Assembly: GCA_964016885.1 (NCBI GenBank)
Contig: OZ024741.1
Location: forward strand, 44,392,001-44,456,000
DNA length: 64,000 nt
Direction of reading: 5' to 3'
Source of the DNA: Eledone cirrhosa
Lineage: Eukaryota
Under the pieces are notes generated by a model that saw nothing but the letters and a program-made list of their open reading frames with translations, was not told where the DNA came from and did no database searches. Made by a program: the position numbers and the translations under genes. Below, in pieces: positions 14,081-28,800 of this stretch (positions within the stretch are counted from its first letter, which is position 1; every line of letters starts with the position of its first letter).

Positions 14081-15000
14081 GTAAATGATCACGCCATGAA
14101 TATAAACCATCCGGGCTTAAGCAAAACGGACAACGCCACTAACGTTAATAACGGAACCCTACAAAATAGCACGCACAGTAGCGAGACTCACCCCACAGAT
14201 AAGAAAAATAGAAGAAGGAAAAACATGTATTTTAACCCACCTTTTAACTCTGAGGTCCTCACTAACCTCCCCAGAGTATTCTTCTCCTTATTGGAAAAAA
14301 ACTTCCCACCAGGCAATAGATACCGCAACATAATTAACAAAAACGTAATTAAATTATCCTATTCGACCACACCTAACCTCGCATCACACCTAGCACGTAC
14401 GAACATTAGAAAAACTAAGGAGGGATTCGAAGCAATTAAAATGGCAGTTAACCACCAGCAACCGACTACACTAGAAAATGGGCAACATAATAGCATCAAT
14501 GAGCCATCTAATGATATAGAGGTACCTAGTGATAATGCGAGTAACCAAACTTCGGGAGGTAAGCTAACTAATCGAACCCGCAGTTGCAATTGTAGGCGGA
14601 GTAGTAACTGTCCCCTAAGGGGGGATTGCCTCACGAAAAACATAGTATACGCATGTGACGTAACCACACACAACTCTACCAAAACATATATAGGAGCAAC
14701 GTCCAATACATTTAAAACTAGATTTAACGCGCATATGTACACATTTAGACACGACAGACATAAGAATGCCACCTCACTGGCGGGATACATCTCCTTCTTA
14801 AAAAATAATAGTACCCCATACAAACTTTTTTGGAGGAAGCTTACTAAATCCACGCCATACCGACCGCAGAGCGGAAGTTGTGACCTGTGTTTACTGGAAT
14901 GCCATGCCATAATACACTCTAAACTGAACCTGCTTAAAGGAAATCGGAAATTTTCTCCTCATGCCAACACAAAATCCTGAGTTCCTTCTTCTATTTTAAA
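14076..15000 (+). pseudogene. PLE C-terminal ORF fragment (linker plus GIY-YIG endonuclease)
   Basis: YFNPPFN..IKLSYS..CNCRRSSNCPLRGDCLTKNIVYAC..YIGATSNTFKTRFNAH..CDLCLLE. RT is missing and the fragment starts at a TA run. Confidence 0.88.
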
Positions 15001-16099
15001 CCTAGCACATAGACGTAACATATATCACGCACCCCCCCCCCCCAACCTAGACTATAGTTTCCCCCCCCCCAACCCGTAACCTAGATAGATAGGTACCATA
15101 AGGGTGGTGCAGTCCCCTACAAGGTTGGTGCTCTTGCGTGTGTGTGTGTGTGTGTGTATTCTCCTTTTATCTCTCACGCGCACGCGCACGCAGACATTTG
15201 TGTGGGTGTGCGTGCGTGTGTGCATGCATGCACGCATGTGTGCGTGCATTCTGTGTAAGTATATTGTGTGTACATGTATGTATATATATGTATGTGTATA
15301 TATATGTATATGCATGTGTGTGTGTGTATATGTATATTGTATGCATGCGTATTATATTGTGTGTATGAGTATGTGTGACATGTATGTGAATATATGTATG
15401 TAGGCGTATGAGTGGGTGGGTGTAAGTGTATAATGTATGTATGTGTGTATATATATATGCATACTCTTCTGTAGAAATTCTCTCTATGTGTGCTGTGTGG
15501 CATGAATTCCCCCTATAATACTCTTCTCTGAGAGGAGCACGATATGCAGAGTAACACATATGTATTGTCGAAGTTGAAACTGAGAACCACCACCCCTCCT
15601 GCTGACCTGGATGTTTACTGAGGACCAGAACACCATTCTACGCAATATAAGAGCGAAATGCGCTTGCCGAACTATTGATGACCATAACATCACATTCCAA
15701 TGTAGTGGCAAAATACAGTGAATGATATGCACGACCAGAACACCACAGCATGCATATCCAAACAGCACAGATATGATATCAATGGGGGAATCAACTGAAA
15801 CTTTTTGGGTTGAAATACATGTGGATATGTGTCTGTGTGTATCGAACACACGGACACATAAGGAGGCTCTTGACCTAAATATACCTGTCATGCCTGTCTG
15901 AATCCCTAAGGGAACTGTCGGCCAGTTACTGTCTTGACCGATCGTAGTACCACTGGGTGAATCATTTGAGTTTTTTGGGTTGAAATACATATAGATATGT
16001 GTCTGTGTGTGTCGGACACACATAAACACATAAAAAAGCTGTTATGGCTGCCTGAATTTTCGGTCAGTTGCTGACTTGACTGATTGACCACACAATTAC

Positions 16100-16620
16100 T
16101 ACGTAGCGGTTCTTGCACGTGACTACTGGACCCGGATGAAACGAAGACGAAGAATTTCCTTCCGTACCGTTTTGTACCACAGATGCGATATCACCCTGCT
16201 TCGTTGATGTCCTATCGACACCAAAGTTCAACGTTTGGGCGAATAGATTTGAATCCTACCACCAACAACATAGCTGGATGACCGATAATCACACCAAACC
16301 GGAGTACTGTGATCCTTGTGACTTCTAAATATACCACCAATGACACTGTCACGAAGACCAGGAAACCATACTCCATATATTGAACCAATTGATTGATTTG
16401 TGCGAACAAAATAACACCAAACACATATTGAACTAGGAATATTGGATCCTCGGTCAATGTCCGGGTGAGCAAAAATTGACTTCTATCTGCATTGGAATTT
16501 ACAAACTTGTGCATCTGCTGTGGTGTCAAAAACAAACGCACATGACCGCACAGATAAACAATGAACCATGCCACGTGGCTTGAACCCGTAAGTGAATTGA
16601 AGGTTCTGCAACTCTGATAC
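16100..16620 (+). pseudogene. Possible decayed L1/Tx1 ORF2 C-terminal zinc-finger fragment
   Basis: Stop-ridden YCDPCDF..HCHEDQETILHIL resembles the CxxC..ETxxH motif. Weak. Confidence 0.3.
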
Positions 16621-17305
16621 ACATATTGTTTATTATTTATTATTAAGATGTATAAACTGGACACAACTGTTATCATCCTATATTCTCTCAACGAATCACA
16701 CTTGATCATATTTCTCTATCCTGTTTTCTCCCCCCATAATTATTATATTTTTATTACTTTTATTATTTTTTATTATTGTTTGAAAAAAATCGGTTTTTTT
16801 ACATTGTGTTTTCCCCTCCAAATATTCGCTTATATTTCCTTATATATTCTCTATATATTTTTTATCTTTATTATTATTTCCACTTTTATCCTCCTTTATA
16901 TTTTACCTTATTCTTACCTTTACACCTTATTATAGTGTAATCTTCCCCATGCCTTATTATACACTATTAATTATAGATTATTATTATTACTCTTCTTCCA
17001 TTTCTAATTACCTCATGTACCTTCTCCTCCGCTATATGTATATATGTATTCTACGCCCTTCGTGTTTGCGTAGCCTCTGCGCACCCTCTGCACCATACTA
17101 CCCACGCCACCCCATCTATGGATCAGCTAACCACCCGACCCCCGGGAATGAATATGATCGCAGCTAGTAAACTAGGACCAACACCCCACCCTCCCGCACC
17201 AAAATTAGACTTATCGTCCCCTACTTTTGCTCTTTACTCTCTCTACCCTTTGTTCTTGGGTGTTTGGTTGGTAGAGTCCATAACACCAATCAAACCCCTT
17301 TTATA

Positions 17306-17352
17306 GCTCTGATGAATCCTACAGTTACACGTAAGGAAGAAACATTGTTAGC
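17306..17352 (+). ncRNA. Minimal type I hammerhead motif
   Basis: GCT-CTGATGA-a-tcctac..gtaagga-a-GAAAC-att-GTT-AGC, followed by AATAAA and then (TA)n. Confidence 0.65.
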
Positions 17353-17454
17353 CAATAAAACTCTTTTGATGTTGTAGACGCTCTTGTGTTCTTTTTCATA
17401 TATATATATATATATTTATTTACACATGCATACATGTATATACATATTGACACA

Positions 17455-17650
17455 TTTTGGGATGGCCGTTGACACTTATGAGTTCCTCCGCCCTTGTCAG
17501 GTTTAGTTTTTTTGTCCTGCAGGTTATCTAAAATCCTCCTCCTCATCAAGTAAACTTGGCGGCGTTACCGCTTTAGTCGCCGACGACCTGAACAGGGCGA
17601 CAGGGTGTGCTGGGTTAAATGTTACTATTAGCACTCACGAGTGGTAGGAC
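17455..17650 (-). mobile_element. Diverged 5' part of the RTE-derived element
   Basis: Minus strand taacatttaacccagc..ggtcgtcggcgactaaa..ccaagtttacttgatgaggagg..cctgcaggac..tcaacggccatcc aligns with 3870-4045. Confidence 0.65.
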
Positions 17651-17747
17651 AAAACATATATCTATATATATATACATACACACGTAAAACAAATTTAAAA
17701 AAACGAAGATATAAATCGATAAATATGTACGTATATAAATATATATC

Positions 17748-17862
17748 GTGGCACTCTTGAGTCCTACTGGTAACATTTATCCCGGTACAACATGTTGCAT
17801 GGTCGGGTCCTCGGCGACTAAACCGGCAGCCACACCAAGTTTACTTGGTAAGGAGGGTGATT
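17748..17862 (+). mobile_element. Diverged 5' head of the RTE-derived element
   Basis: ctactggtaacatttatcccggtacaa..ggcgactaaaccggc..ggagggtga aligns with 3872-3970. Confidence 0.7.
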
Positions 17863-18387
17863 TTATACACATAAATACGCATATATTAACATTTATACAC
17901 TTAAATACGCGATTAGTAGGACATATATAGAAATACGTACATAACTATATATATCTTCGTATGCATATCTTCATATACAAAAGAACATTCATATATGTTG
18001 ATACAAAAAGTAGATTTATGTAAGTATATATACTCACAAATCAAAATCTACTTATACACACACATATTTAAACCTATAATCATACGCACACGCATATATA
18101 AACATACGTACATAAATGCGTACATACACACGTAAACAACATGCACATATATAAATATATACACATACACAGACATATACATACATTATATATATATATA
18201 AATGGAATAGAATGAAACGAAATTTCATTTCTCACTCTTAGTACGGCACTTACTTAAATGTAAGTATGTATGTATGTATACGTACATACATATATGTATA
18301 CAGACGTACAGTAGTATGTATATATATATACACACATGCACATATATATATATGCACGTATCGGTTTACTGAACATTTATTATAATG

Positions 18388-18451
<64 letters not shown>

Positions 18452-18739
18452 TCACATACCACGTACACACGCACACAAGTACTTAAGTGTACACAAGTAC
18501 TCACATGCATACGTAATACACATTCAATGTCCAAAAAGAGATATATACATAAAAAGTTAAGGGCGCACATATACACAATGCGTAGGTAAAGACGGGAACA
18601 AGATACAGATAAGTACGGATGCAAACTTGCACATACAGGCATACACAGGCATATGCATACATTTATATACACATGCATATACACATATATATATGCATGC
18701 ACATGCATACACATATGTCCATGCATATACCAGCACACA

Positions 18740-18778
<39 letters not shown>

Positions 18779-19508
18779 TAATAAAAACAATGAATAAAAA
18801 CAAAGAAACAGTTCCTTATATTAAAAAATTCATCATGTTCCGATCGTTTCTAGGATATATATGTGTGTGTTGGTATGTATATCAAGATCTATGTACAAAT
18901 TTTACAAACTATCAGAGAAAATATACATACCTACACATATATATGCTGTCTTCAGAAATATATATATACATATGCATACACACACACACACACATATATA
19001 TATATAAATACACTTACAGAGGAAATCGACGTGTACACAAAAGTTATGAATAATCCCGTATATATAAGGTAAAAGTACATACACATACAGTTCAACCATA
19101 AAAGAAAATATATAAAATAAGTTAAAGATATCCATATGTATCTATGAATATGTTAAGTAATTTGTAGAGAGGAGTTCCCGGTGTTATAGTAAAGAATTGG
19201 TAAGATATGTGTAAAGAATATAATTGTTAAATAGAAAGATATGTTCAAAGACTCTAATTGAGTGTGAAAATTGGAAAGAATGAGAGTTATCAATGTATGG
19301 GATTTAAAGGTATGACAAAGAATATGTAATTATAATAAATCTGGGAGTGATTTTGTGTTATGGTTATAGTTAAATGTATGTGTTCATAAAGAAAAAGGTT
19401 TCATAGTAGTGAATGTAATTGAATAGCACTGTACAATACATAGAGCACTCTTCTTTCCTTTTGCTTTTCCACGGAAATAATTCACATATATACATTTTAA
19501 CATTTATT

Positions 19509-19677
19509 AGGGTCGGACGCCATGCTTTCCAGCATAGTTACGTCCCTTTACGGTCTGAGTTCAAATCCCGCCGAGGTTAATTTTGCCTTTCATCCTTACG
19601 GGGTGGATAAAATAAAGTACCAGTAATGCACTGGTTAATTGCTGGCCTTGTGCCTGACGTAGAAACAATTATTATTA

Positions 19678-19678
<1 letters not shown>
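19509..19678 (+). mobile_element. tRNA-derived SINE, 5'-truncated
   Basis: Matches 920-1090 including B-box and core. Confidence 0.85.
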
Positions 19679-19725
<47 letters not shown>

Positions 19726-19726
<1 letters not shown>

Positions 19727-19824
19727 CCATATATAATATAATAAAAATATGTTTATATATTGGTTGGTTGCCAGAAACTACACACTCACTCACACACATA
19801 CAAATACACATCTAATGAGAGAGT

Positions 19825-19908
<84 letters not shown>

Positions 19909-20120
19909 CCGTTATACAGAGCGATATACAATTAAAATGTTAGATATTCAGAACAGAGAAAGTGTGTGTGTGTGTGTGACGCCCACAAAAGTCTTTGATT
20001 TTACAGAACAAAGAAAGAATTGATAATATTTGAAATTAATCTACGGTGTATATTAAGTTAGACCTTTTAGGATAGTGTCGTGTTATTATTTACATTTACT
20101 TCTGTTTTTTTATATTGCCG

Positions 20121-20156
<36 letters not shown>

Positions 20157-20917
20157 CAAGATATCTTCCAAGAAAATTTATTTCATCATATCACCAAAAC
20201 ACCGCTCATCTATCGGCGGGTACAATGTCCGCCAAACGGTTGAAATCTGCAATCGAAAGAGAATCTCACGAACAATATAAAAAAAAAGACTTGGGATTAA
20301 AGGTTAAAATAAGCATTGTGACATTCAGCAGGATATGAGACGGGAAACAGAGAGGTTAAGACGACAAGAATGAATGGCATCTTTCTGAAAGTGTACAGAA
20401 CCTAAGACAGGAAACAGAAACATTAAGGCAAGAAGAAAGACTATGGCAACAAAGAGAGGCTCAATATGAAAATAACCAAGGGGCAAGGAGAGCTGCCATG
20501 CAAACTCGACGAGCACAACGGACTCTTCAAGGCAGAACAAACTGGCTAAGAGCTGCGTTTTCATATGATCCATCGAAGAATTATAGAAATGGTCATAAAG
20601 TCGCGATTTGTAAGCATGGATATTACACTTAGCATGTGTTGCTTAGGAAGAAAAGTCAGACATATATTGATAGAGGATCCTCCAGCTTTTATCCAGTTAC
20701 AGACCGTACAAACGAATCTGAACACTTCAGGAGCAATTTTACGCGGTATAGATGCGTTTCAGATGACGTTCTTTGGAGCTGAAAAAGATCATACTGACTG
20801 ATTATTTCACAACATTTAAAATCCAAGACCAATGCTACTATTTAATCGGCAGTTTACTCTCCCAGCCTAATGTGGAAGTTTTATGATTGTTTTTTTTTTA
20901 TCTCTCCCTCTCTCTCT

Positions 20918-20948
<31 letters not shown>

Positions 20949-21057
20949 TTTACGGTCTCACCTCATACTGCAATCCAGATAACACAATACAGTCGTTTTC
21001 TCTTTTATCCGCCTTCTCTTAACTGTCCTCACAGGCGAAGACGGTTACCTTAGCTAG
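19726..21057 (+). mobile_element. Internally deleted Helitron with RepHel N-terminal remnant
   Basis: Decayed AFSYDPSKNY, MCCLGRKV..IEDPP, AFQMTFFGA and TTFKIQDQCYYLIGSLL at 20150-20885. 3' end CAGGCGAAGACGG..CTAG|T (21054-21057); candidate 5' end A|TC at 19726. Confidence 0.72.
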
Positions 21058-21080
21058 TATAATATAAAATCGAGAAATGG

Positions 21081-21123
21081 CTTCGACTAGAAACTGTTTC
21101 ATTCGACGGAAATCATCAGGAAA
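21081..21123 (-). ncRNA. Hammerhead motif, partly degenerate
   Basis: Minus strand: tttc-CTGATGA-t-ttc-cgtc-gaa-t-GAAAC-agtttcta-GTC-gaag. Confidence 0.55.
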
Positions 21124-21999
21124 TATTATATATACATTACTATATATTGAGTACCTTACTTACTGTGGTTACCCCCAATTGAACCCGGGATACACACATA
21201 TATGTATATTAATATATATATTACAAAATAACAGGAGGCATGTACTGGGGTAAATCCTTGAAAAGGACGAAGCAGCTGTTCCGAGTAATTTCGTTTATCG
21301 AAAGAAGGGGAAATTTATTTTTCCAAGCACTAAAGGAAGGCTAAAATGCTTGATTGCCCAGCGCGCAAAAAAGAAATCAGCCACATCCGTCATATCATCG
21401 CGTCGTATCAGGCGATTAATATTTATTCACACTCGTGGGTGAGGTTGAAAATGGTAAAACGCGATGAAATGCGCAATTAGACTATAACTAGTCCCCACTT
21501 AGTACAGGTTATATTGGTGTGGTTCTAGGGTGGGTATAGGCAGTGAATAAGGAAACAGATATATGGGTACATAGAGTAATATTCCAGGGTCGTGTGCTAA
21601 TAATCACAGTGGTAGTTATGTACTGGGAATAGAGCGAGTAAGTAGATACATAAGTAAAAGGAATAATAAGCAAAATACAACTTAAAAAATAAAAAGCCAA
21701 GTACGTAAATAAATAAAACAATAAAAATACATAAATAAAATGTAGTCATAACTAGGGTGGTGATGCATGGAGTAAAACGGAAGTACAGAGAACATATCGA
21801 GGGAATCGAAACACAGGGGAAATATAAGAAAGATTTAGGGGTATTCGGATAATACAAGCTTATACATATAGATAAAGAGGATAGAAGAGAAGGAGTGGTA
21901 TCAGGTGATACCTGGTGTATGTTCGAGTCTTAATATTCAACGTGGATCACAAATGCCCTGAAGTATAGGATAGAGAAATCAGTCATTACAATGCACGCT

Positions 22000-22134
<135 letters not shown>

Positions 22135-22183
22135 CAAAAAGGGTAAATCAGCAGGTTAAATTTAACTTCGTTTACCGATATTC

Positions 22184-22242
22184 GCCATTATATATATTTC
22201 GGTGATAACCATTATTCAACAGCTATGACCTCATCAGACAGC
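22184..22242 (-). ncRNA. Minimal type I hammerhead motif
   Basis: Minus strand: gctgt-CTGATGA-ggtcatagc...gttatcacc-GAAA-TATATA-TA-atggc. Palindromic stem III and AUA triplet. Confidence 0.7.
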
Positions 22243-22504
22243 TAGAACTTGAACAGAAAAAAAACAGAAAAAAACATAATGATGAAACAAAGTTTACTTC
22301 AGTTATTTCAATCTTTTTTTATTCCCTGTCTCGAAGTATGGTGTTGTTTTCTCAATGAAGTGGTAGCATATAAATTACTCCGTATTAAACAGACCCACTT
22401 GTGCACTTCATTGAGTGCTCTACCCTGCATACTAAAATATCTGCTAACTAACCAACACATACTCAAATTTATATATATATATATATATGTGGGTGTGTGG
22501 GTGG

Positions 22505-22572
<68 letters not shown>

Positions 22573-24934
22573 GCGTGTATATATGTGTGTGTGTGCGTGT
22601 GCGTGTATATATGTGTGTGTGTGTGTCTATGTGTATGTGACTGTGTCTATGTGTCTGTGTAATTGAACACTGTGTTCATAACCTGCCGAGGGCATCTTTG
22701 TCACTGATTCTTTGTCATTCATCGAATGAAATGTTTTGCAGTTTCATTTCCAGGAGTGTACATTCTACCCACATTTTGAAAGATTAGATAGGATTTGCAA
22801 TGGAATAATTGGTGCCATTTTCTTTTTATTAGCGTCTATTATGAGAAAAAACAAAATTAATCAAAAGATAATGATAGCAAACATAACTCCACAAACACAA
22901 ATGTCTCAAGAGATATATACACATATATATACGAGGGTTTACTGGAAAGTTCATAGTCTAGCCAAGATACTCCCAGTGAATTGTTCCGATTCATTTTTAT
23001 TTTTATTTTCATTTTTGTTTGTATTGCTGTTTTCAATGTCAAATGTACCCCCCAACCCCATTTATCAATCAAGGTTTCCTCCATGTTATGTGATGGTCAC
23101 AAGCAGAAATTAATACAAACTATTTCATTTTAATTTCCCACGTCAACAACTAAACGTTTTACAATTGACTGCAGGGCATATCAGTTTTATTATATATATA
23201 TAACATCTATACTTTCCTCTATGTATGGAGTACCAAGTTGAACATTGAAAACTGTCTTTACTAGTTTTAATTGTGAACGTCTTATTCATGTTGTCGGAAG
23301 GAATCTGCAGTTGTATCAGTTGTATCATAAACATTACAGCTTCCCTAGTTTTAGAGAGATTTACACAACAAAAACACCCAATACACTCTGTAAAGTAGAT
23401 GGTGTTATATAGTGTTGAATAAGGGACTTGTTTCAGGTGGTACCAGAGGACATGTGCCCCCCCCCCCCCCGATTTTTTTTTAAGTTTATTTTTTATATCC
23501 GAAATCTATTTGAATATATAAAATTTAACTACCGTAAAATTTTCTTTATCTGATAGTGTCCAGGAAAGACACCATAAACAATACTAACATTTTCCTTTAA
23601 GAATCAACAATGTTGGTTTGTCACCCTCCCATTTTTAAGGTAAACGAGGCCCCTGTTGTTGAATCTAATTTTTCATATTGCTGACAGGTGGGACAGATGG
23701 AATAGATCCAGTATTGTGTTGAAAACGTCCGAAATAACTCCTAACCGAGTAATGTTATGCTTTCTTTCATAATATTCCCTTCGTTCCCTATTACTATCTT
23801 TTCATCATTTAGGTTCTACGTTTGATAACCTATGTACTTTCCAAGGTCTCTGTACAACCATTTCATTTTGATTCTCGTCTCATTTCGAACGCTCAGATCC
23901 TGCGTATCGACGCTGACCTCTAAAAAAGAGTTGACACGCGAACAAATGAAAAAGTATTAAATAATAAATATAATATTCTGGATAATTAAAAAATGTCCAT
24001 GTTTCATGTAATATATATCTAAAATGATATGGAACCCCCTGGATTGAGAGGACCAGGGTTGTTGTCCACTTAGCTCTTATGGAAATCCGGTATTAGTCAA
24101 AACATAATATTTTACTGTCGTTAATCGTTAAACGCAATATCCCGATGAAATAGATGCTGGTTACGTAGCATAAAACCGCTTTCGGCAATAATAGAATATA
24201 AAACTGCTTGATTACAATCAAACCAGCAATTTAGATATACGAGGTTTTGTATTATCAACGACACGATCTATATATCAAACTACTAATAATAACATTTGAA
24301 ACTTTCTTTTTTTCTTTTCCTCCAACTAATACCAACTGATGAAATTGTAATATGCAATTTATAATTAGAATTTCGTATTGAGAAATATTTATTATGTATT
24401 CAATACTTATAAGCCGATATTAGGAATTTGGAATTAGGTGTCGGTGGAAAGTCGTAGAAGTTTATCTGTCGAAGAACGTAATCAGTTAGATGAAAGGAAT
24501 AGACTTTATGGCAATTAGATAAAATGTCCATATACGGTAATACGCAGCAAGGCAAAACTAATAATCTGTTTTAAAGCGGGATGGTAATTAATATCACGGC
24601 GTTTCTTATAATCCTTATTCATGAGAAAATAAAGTATTTAGAAAGCTTTCTTCATTTACATGAGAAGTTTGTCAATTGCATTTGATATAATTAACGTAGT
24701 GAGAAATAAATAATGGATTTGGTAACTTCAAACCATACAACCGTTTTCATAATTATATTCTTTCTCTTCTCGATTTCTGTAAGCCTCCCGGGCGTTTAAA
24801 ATTGCAATCTATATTGTCTCTCTATGCATTCGTTGAAACAAACATTCATGTGGAAATACATATATGTCACAATCTTACATACACACACACACACACACAG
24901 ACACACACAGACACACATATATATATACATATAC

Positions 24935-24978
<44 letters not shown>

Positions 24979-25073
24979 AAATGTGTGAGATCCTTGGTTA
25001 GGTGTATTTGAAAAAAAGGAAAAGAATGACTTCACTTGTAGTGTTAAAAAATCTTATGATTTAATGTTATAAT

Positions 25074-25177
25074 ATAATTGTTTCTACTTTAGGCACAAGG
25101 CCAGCATTTACCCAGTGCATTACTGGTACTTTATTTTATCGACCCCGTAAGGATGAAAGGCAAAGTCAACCTCGGCG
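25074..25177 (-). mobile_element. SINE 3' half
   Basis: Reverse complement of the SINE core and tail. Confidence 0.8.
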
Positions 25178-25492
25178 TATGTATGTCATATATATATATA
25201 TATTTAATGTTATAATATAATATTATAATATTATGTGAGTTGGTAGATCCAGTAAGTTCTTTGTTAACTTAGGTGGAAAGCATTTTAGAGAATCCTGGTT
25301 CACTTGGGTTGGAGAACTTTCTCGCATTCGTCTGTCGGTGGCGATTGTCAAACTGAGATCAGGTTGTGTTGAAATGTGTGACTATATATAAGAGAGATAT
25401 GGATGTGTCTGGGGTGTGGCGTGTGGTGTTAATGAGTGTTGATGATGATGAAGGTCCTGAGGAATTAGAGTTTACATACATACACACACACA

Positions 25493-25873
<381 letters not shown>

Positions 25874-25874
25874 A

Positions 25875-28800
25875 CTCTTTTACTCTTTCACCTGTTTCAG
25901 CCATCCGGCTGAGGCCATGCTGGGGCACCGCCCTTGTTGCTATACATTTTATCTCCAGCCTGTATAGGTAGGCCACTGGTGTAGGAGGGAGTTTGTTGCT
26001 GCTGCTCTTAGGTTTCCCTCGTGTCTTGCTGTGGGCTCATCCGGGATCCGGGATAACAAGGTGTCGAGATGTTTCTTGAAGACATCCACCTCCACGTCAT
26101 GCAAATCTCTCAGATCCCTCGGCAGCTTGTTGAAGAGTTGAGGGCCCTTGAATCCCAGGCTATTGCAATACCTGCTCCTTATTCTAGATGTGAAAGACGG
26201 GAGTTTTGGCACTACACTGTGACGTCCTGTTCGACGGTTGGTCCAGCTCCCAATGCCAAAGTTTGGTGCTAGTCCCTCCAGGATTTTCCACATGTAGATA
26301 TATGCGTATCTCTCCCGTCTTCGCTCCAAGGAGTAGAGGTTCAGTTCCTTTAGCCTCTCCCAGTAGCTTGTCTCCCTCATCTTGGCAATCCTCTTGGTGT
26401 ACCTTCGCTGGATTGCCTCAAACTCCGTGGTTAGTTTGACACTATGGGGTGACCACAACTGGGAGCTGTAGTCCAGGCGGCTTAGGACAAATGTCCTCCA
26501 TAGTGTCAACATGGTGTCTCGATCTCTTGTCCGGAAAGTCCTCAAGATCTAGCCAGCGAGTCGTCTGCACATTGTCGCCACTTTCATGATGTAGGAAGAA
26601 AAAGATGCATCATCGCTCATGTCTATGCCCAGGTCTCGTATCGATTTTGACACGGGGATATCGGTCCCTCCTGGTCCTGTGTAGTTATGTTGTACTATAT
26701 TTGTGTTTGCAGGTTTGTTTGGAGGTTTGTATTGTAGGGCTTGGAATTTGCCAGAATTAAACTGCATGTTGTTTTCTTACGCCCATTTGTATATGGCATC
26801 CAGATCCTGCTGTAAAAGGGCAGCGTCAGCCGGGTTTTTGATTGCCTGTGCTACCTTAGTGTCATCAGCATAGCTAGTGAGGGATATTGCTGTATGTACT
26901 ACAGAGGGCATGTCTGAGAGAGCCACCAAAAACAGTAGTGGTCCCAGGACTGCCCCCTGGGGCACCCCACTTGTTATTGGTGTTTCCTTTGAGAGGGCCC
27001 CATTTGCTGCGACAGCCTGGCTTCTGTCCCTTAGGTAGCGATGCAGCCACTGACCTACTTTTCCAGTTATGCCGAGTCCGTTTAGTTTGTGACATATCAT
27101 TCCGTGGTCGTCCTTGTCAAAGGCCTTCGCAAAGTCAAGATATATCACGTCCACATGTGAGCTGTCTAGTAGTTGTCTCAGTACCCAGTCGTAGTGATGT
27201 AGCAGCTGTGTAAGGCAGCTTCTTACTGGGCGGAAGCCATGTTGATTGCTAGTCAGGCGGTCATTTTCCTCGAGGAAAGTGATCAGTTTATTTCTGATGA
27301 CTCGCTCCATGACCTTACTGATATGCGACGTCAGGGAGACTGGCCTATAGTTCTTGGCCTCCGCTCTGCTACCTCCTTTATGGATAGGGCATATTGTGTC
27401 TTCTTTCAGCTCCCTGGGTAGTACACCGCTAGCCAAGGAGCTTCTGAAGAGCATCTTCAGTGGAGTTGCTAAGGCCCGCTTACATATTTTTAAGAGAACT
27501 GCTGGGAATCCATCAGGTCCAGCAGCCGAGTCTGTTCTAATTTCATCAATGGCGTACACGACATCCTCCTCCGTTATGTCTATGTGGTTGATGGTTGCCA
27601 TTTCTTCATGTAGTGTTGTGGCATCAAAGAACTCTTCTGGCTTCGTTATTTGCATGTGCCTCAGTGGACATGTGAACACACTTTTGTACTGTTCGTTCAG
27701 TATTTCACATATCTCTTGGGGGTTTTCGGTTAATGAACCGTCCGTATGGAAGAGTGGCCCAATCTTGCAGTGTACTAATGCAGTTTATTTTGCAAATTTA
27801 AAGAAGGCCTTAGGATTTGTTTTAATGTTTTCTATGGCCCTGTTCTCTTTCTTTGCCCTCTCATTCTCGTGGGAAAGCTTGAGTGCAATCTCGGTGCCAA
27901 GTAATGCACATTTCAAATAGGATTCCTTCTTGCTTTTGTTTTGTTGACTATTCAACTGGTTTGAGAGTTTGGTTCTACGTCTCATAAGGATTTTCCTATC
28001 TCTGGGAATAAGATTTTTGTGTCTGTTTGCCTCTTTCTCCGGGACAAACTGTTTGTGTATATCGTTGTGTATCGTGTGTATCGTGTGTATCGTTGTCATG
28101 AAGTGTTGAAATTGTGTGTTAGTGTCTTGTGTCGCGGTGTTTTCACTCCATGTTTGCTTCCGGATTTCTCTCTTAATCTTTTTCCAGTTAGCCTTGGAGA
28201 AGATAAGTCTGGATAACGTCCCGGAGCTTCTTGGTGGTTTTGTCTCCGTTGGTTCTCTTGGACCACATATCATTAGCTCTACTAAGTTATGATCCGAGAG
28301 AATTGTTGGTGTCACCTTTACATTGTGGATGAGCACTTCGTTGTTTGTAAAACAAAGGCCCAGGACATTTTCGCTTCTTGTTGGGAGGAGTATTGCTTGC
28401 TCCATGAACAGCCTGTGTGTGAGGGCCAGCAGGGATTCCGTCTGTCTCTGTTCTATTGACGTAATTTCAGGGAGGAGGTGGCCCTCAGGCCATTTGACCA
28501 GCAGTAGAATGTTGAGACCCTGGTCCAGTTTGTCAAGGACCTCTTCTATCCTACTTAGGCTATCCTCAAATTTACCCTCATGACTGGGGGCATCGGGCGG
28601 CCGATATGTGACACATATTACTGTCTGTAGTTGCTTCATATGTACTATCAGTGTGTCACAGACTGAGTTTGAATGTGTCAACAGTACAATTGGTGTGACA
28701 TCTTCACGGATATACAGAGCAACCCCACCACGAGTTCTCTCCTTCCTGTCCGAACGAAATACAGTATATTTCGGTATATGTATTTCTGCATCTGCTATAC

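Noticed and set aside
23420-23656. MITE with terminal inverted repeats
   Set aside because: Only a short imperfect inverted match, with no clear TSD or second copy.
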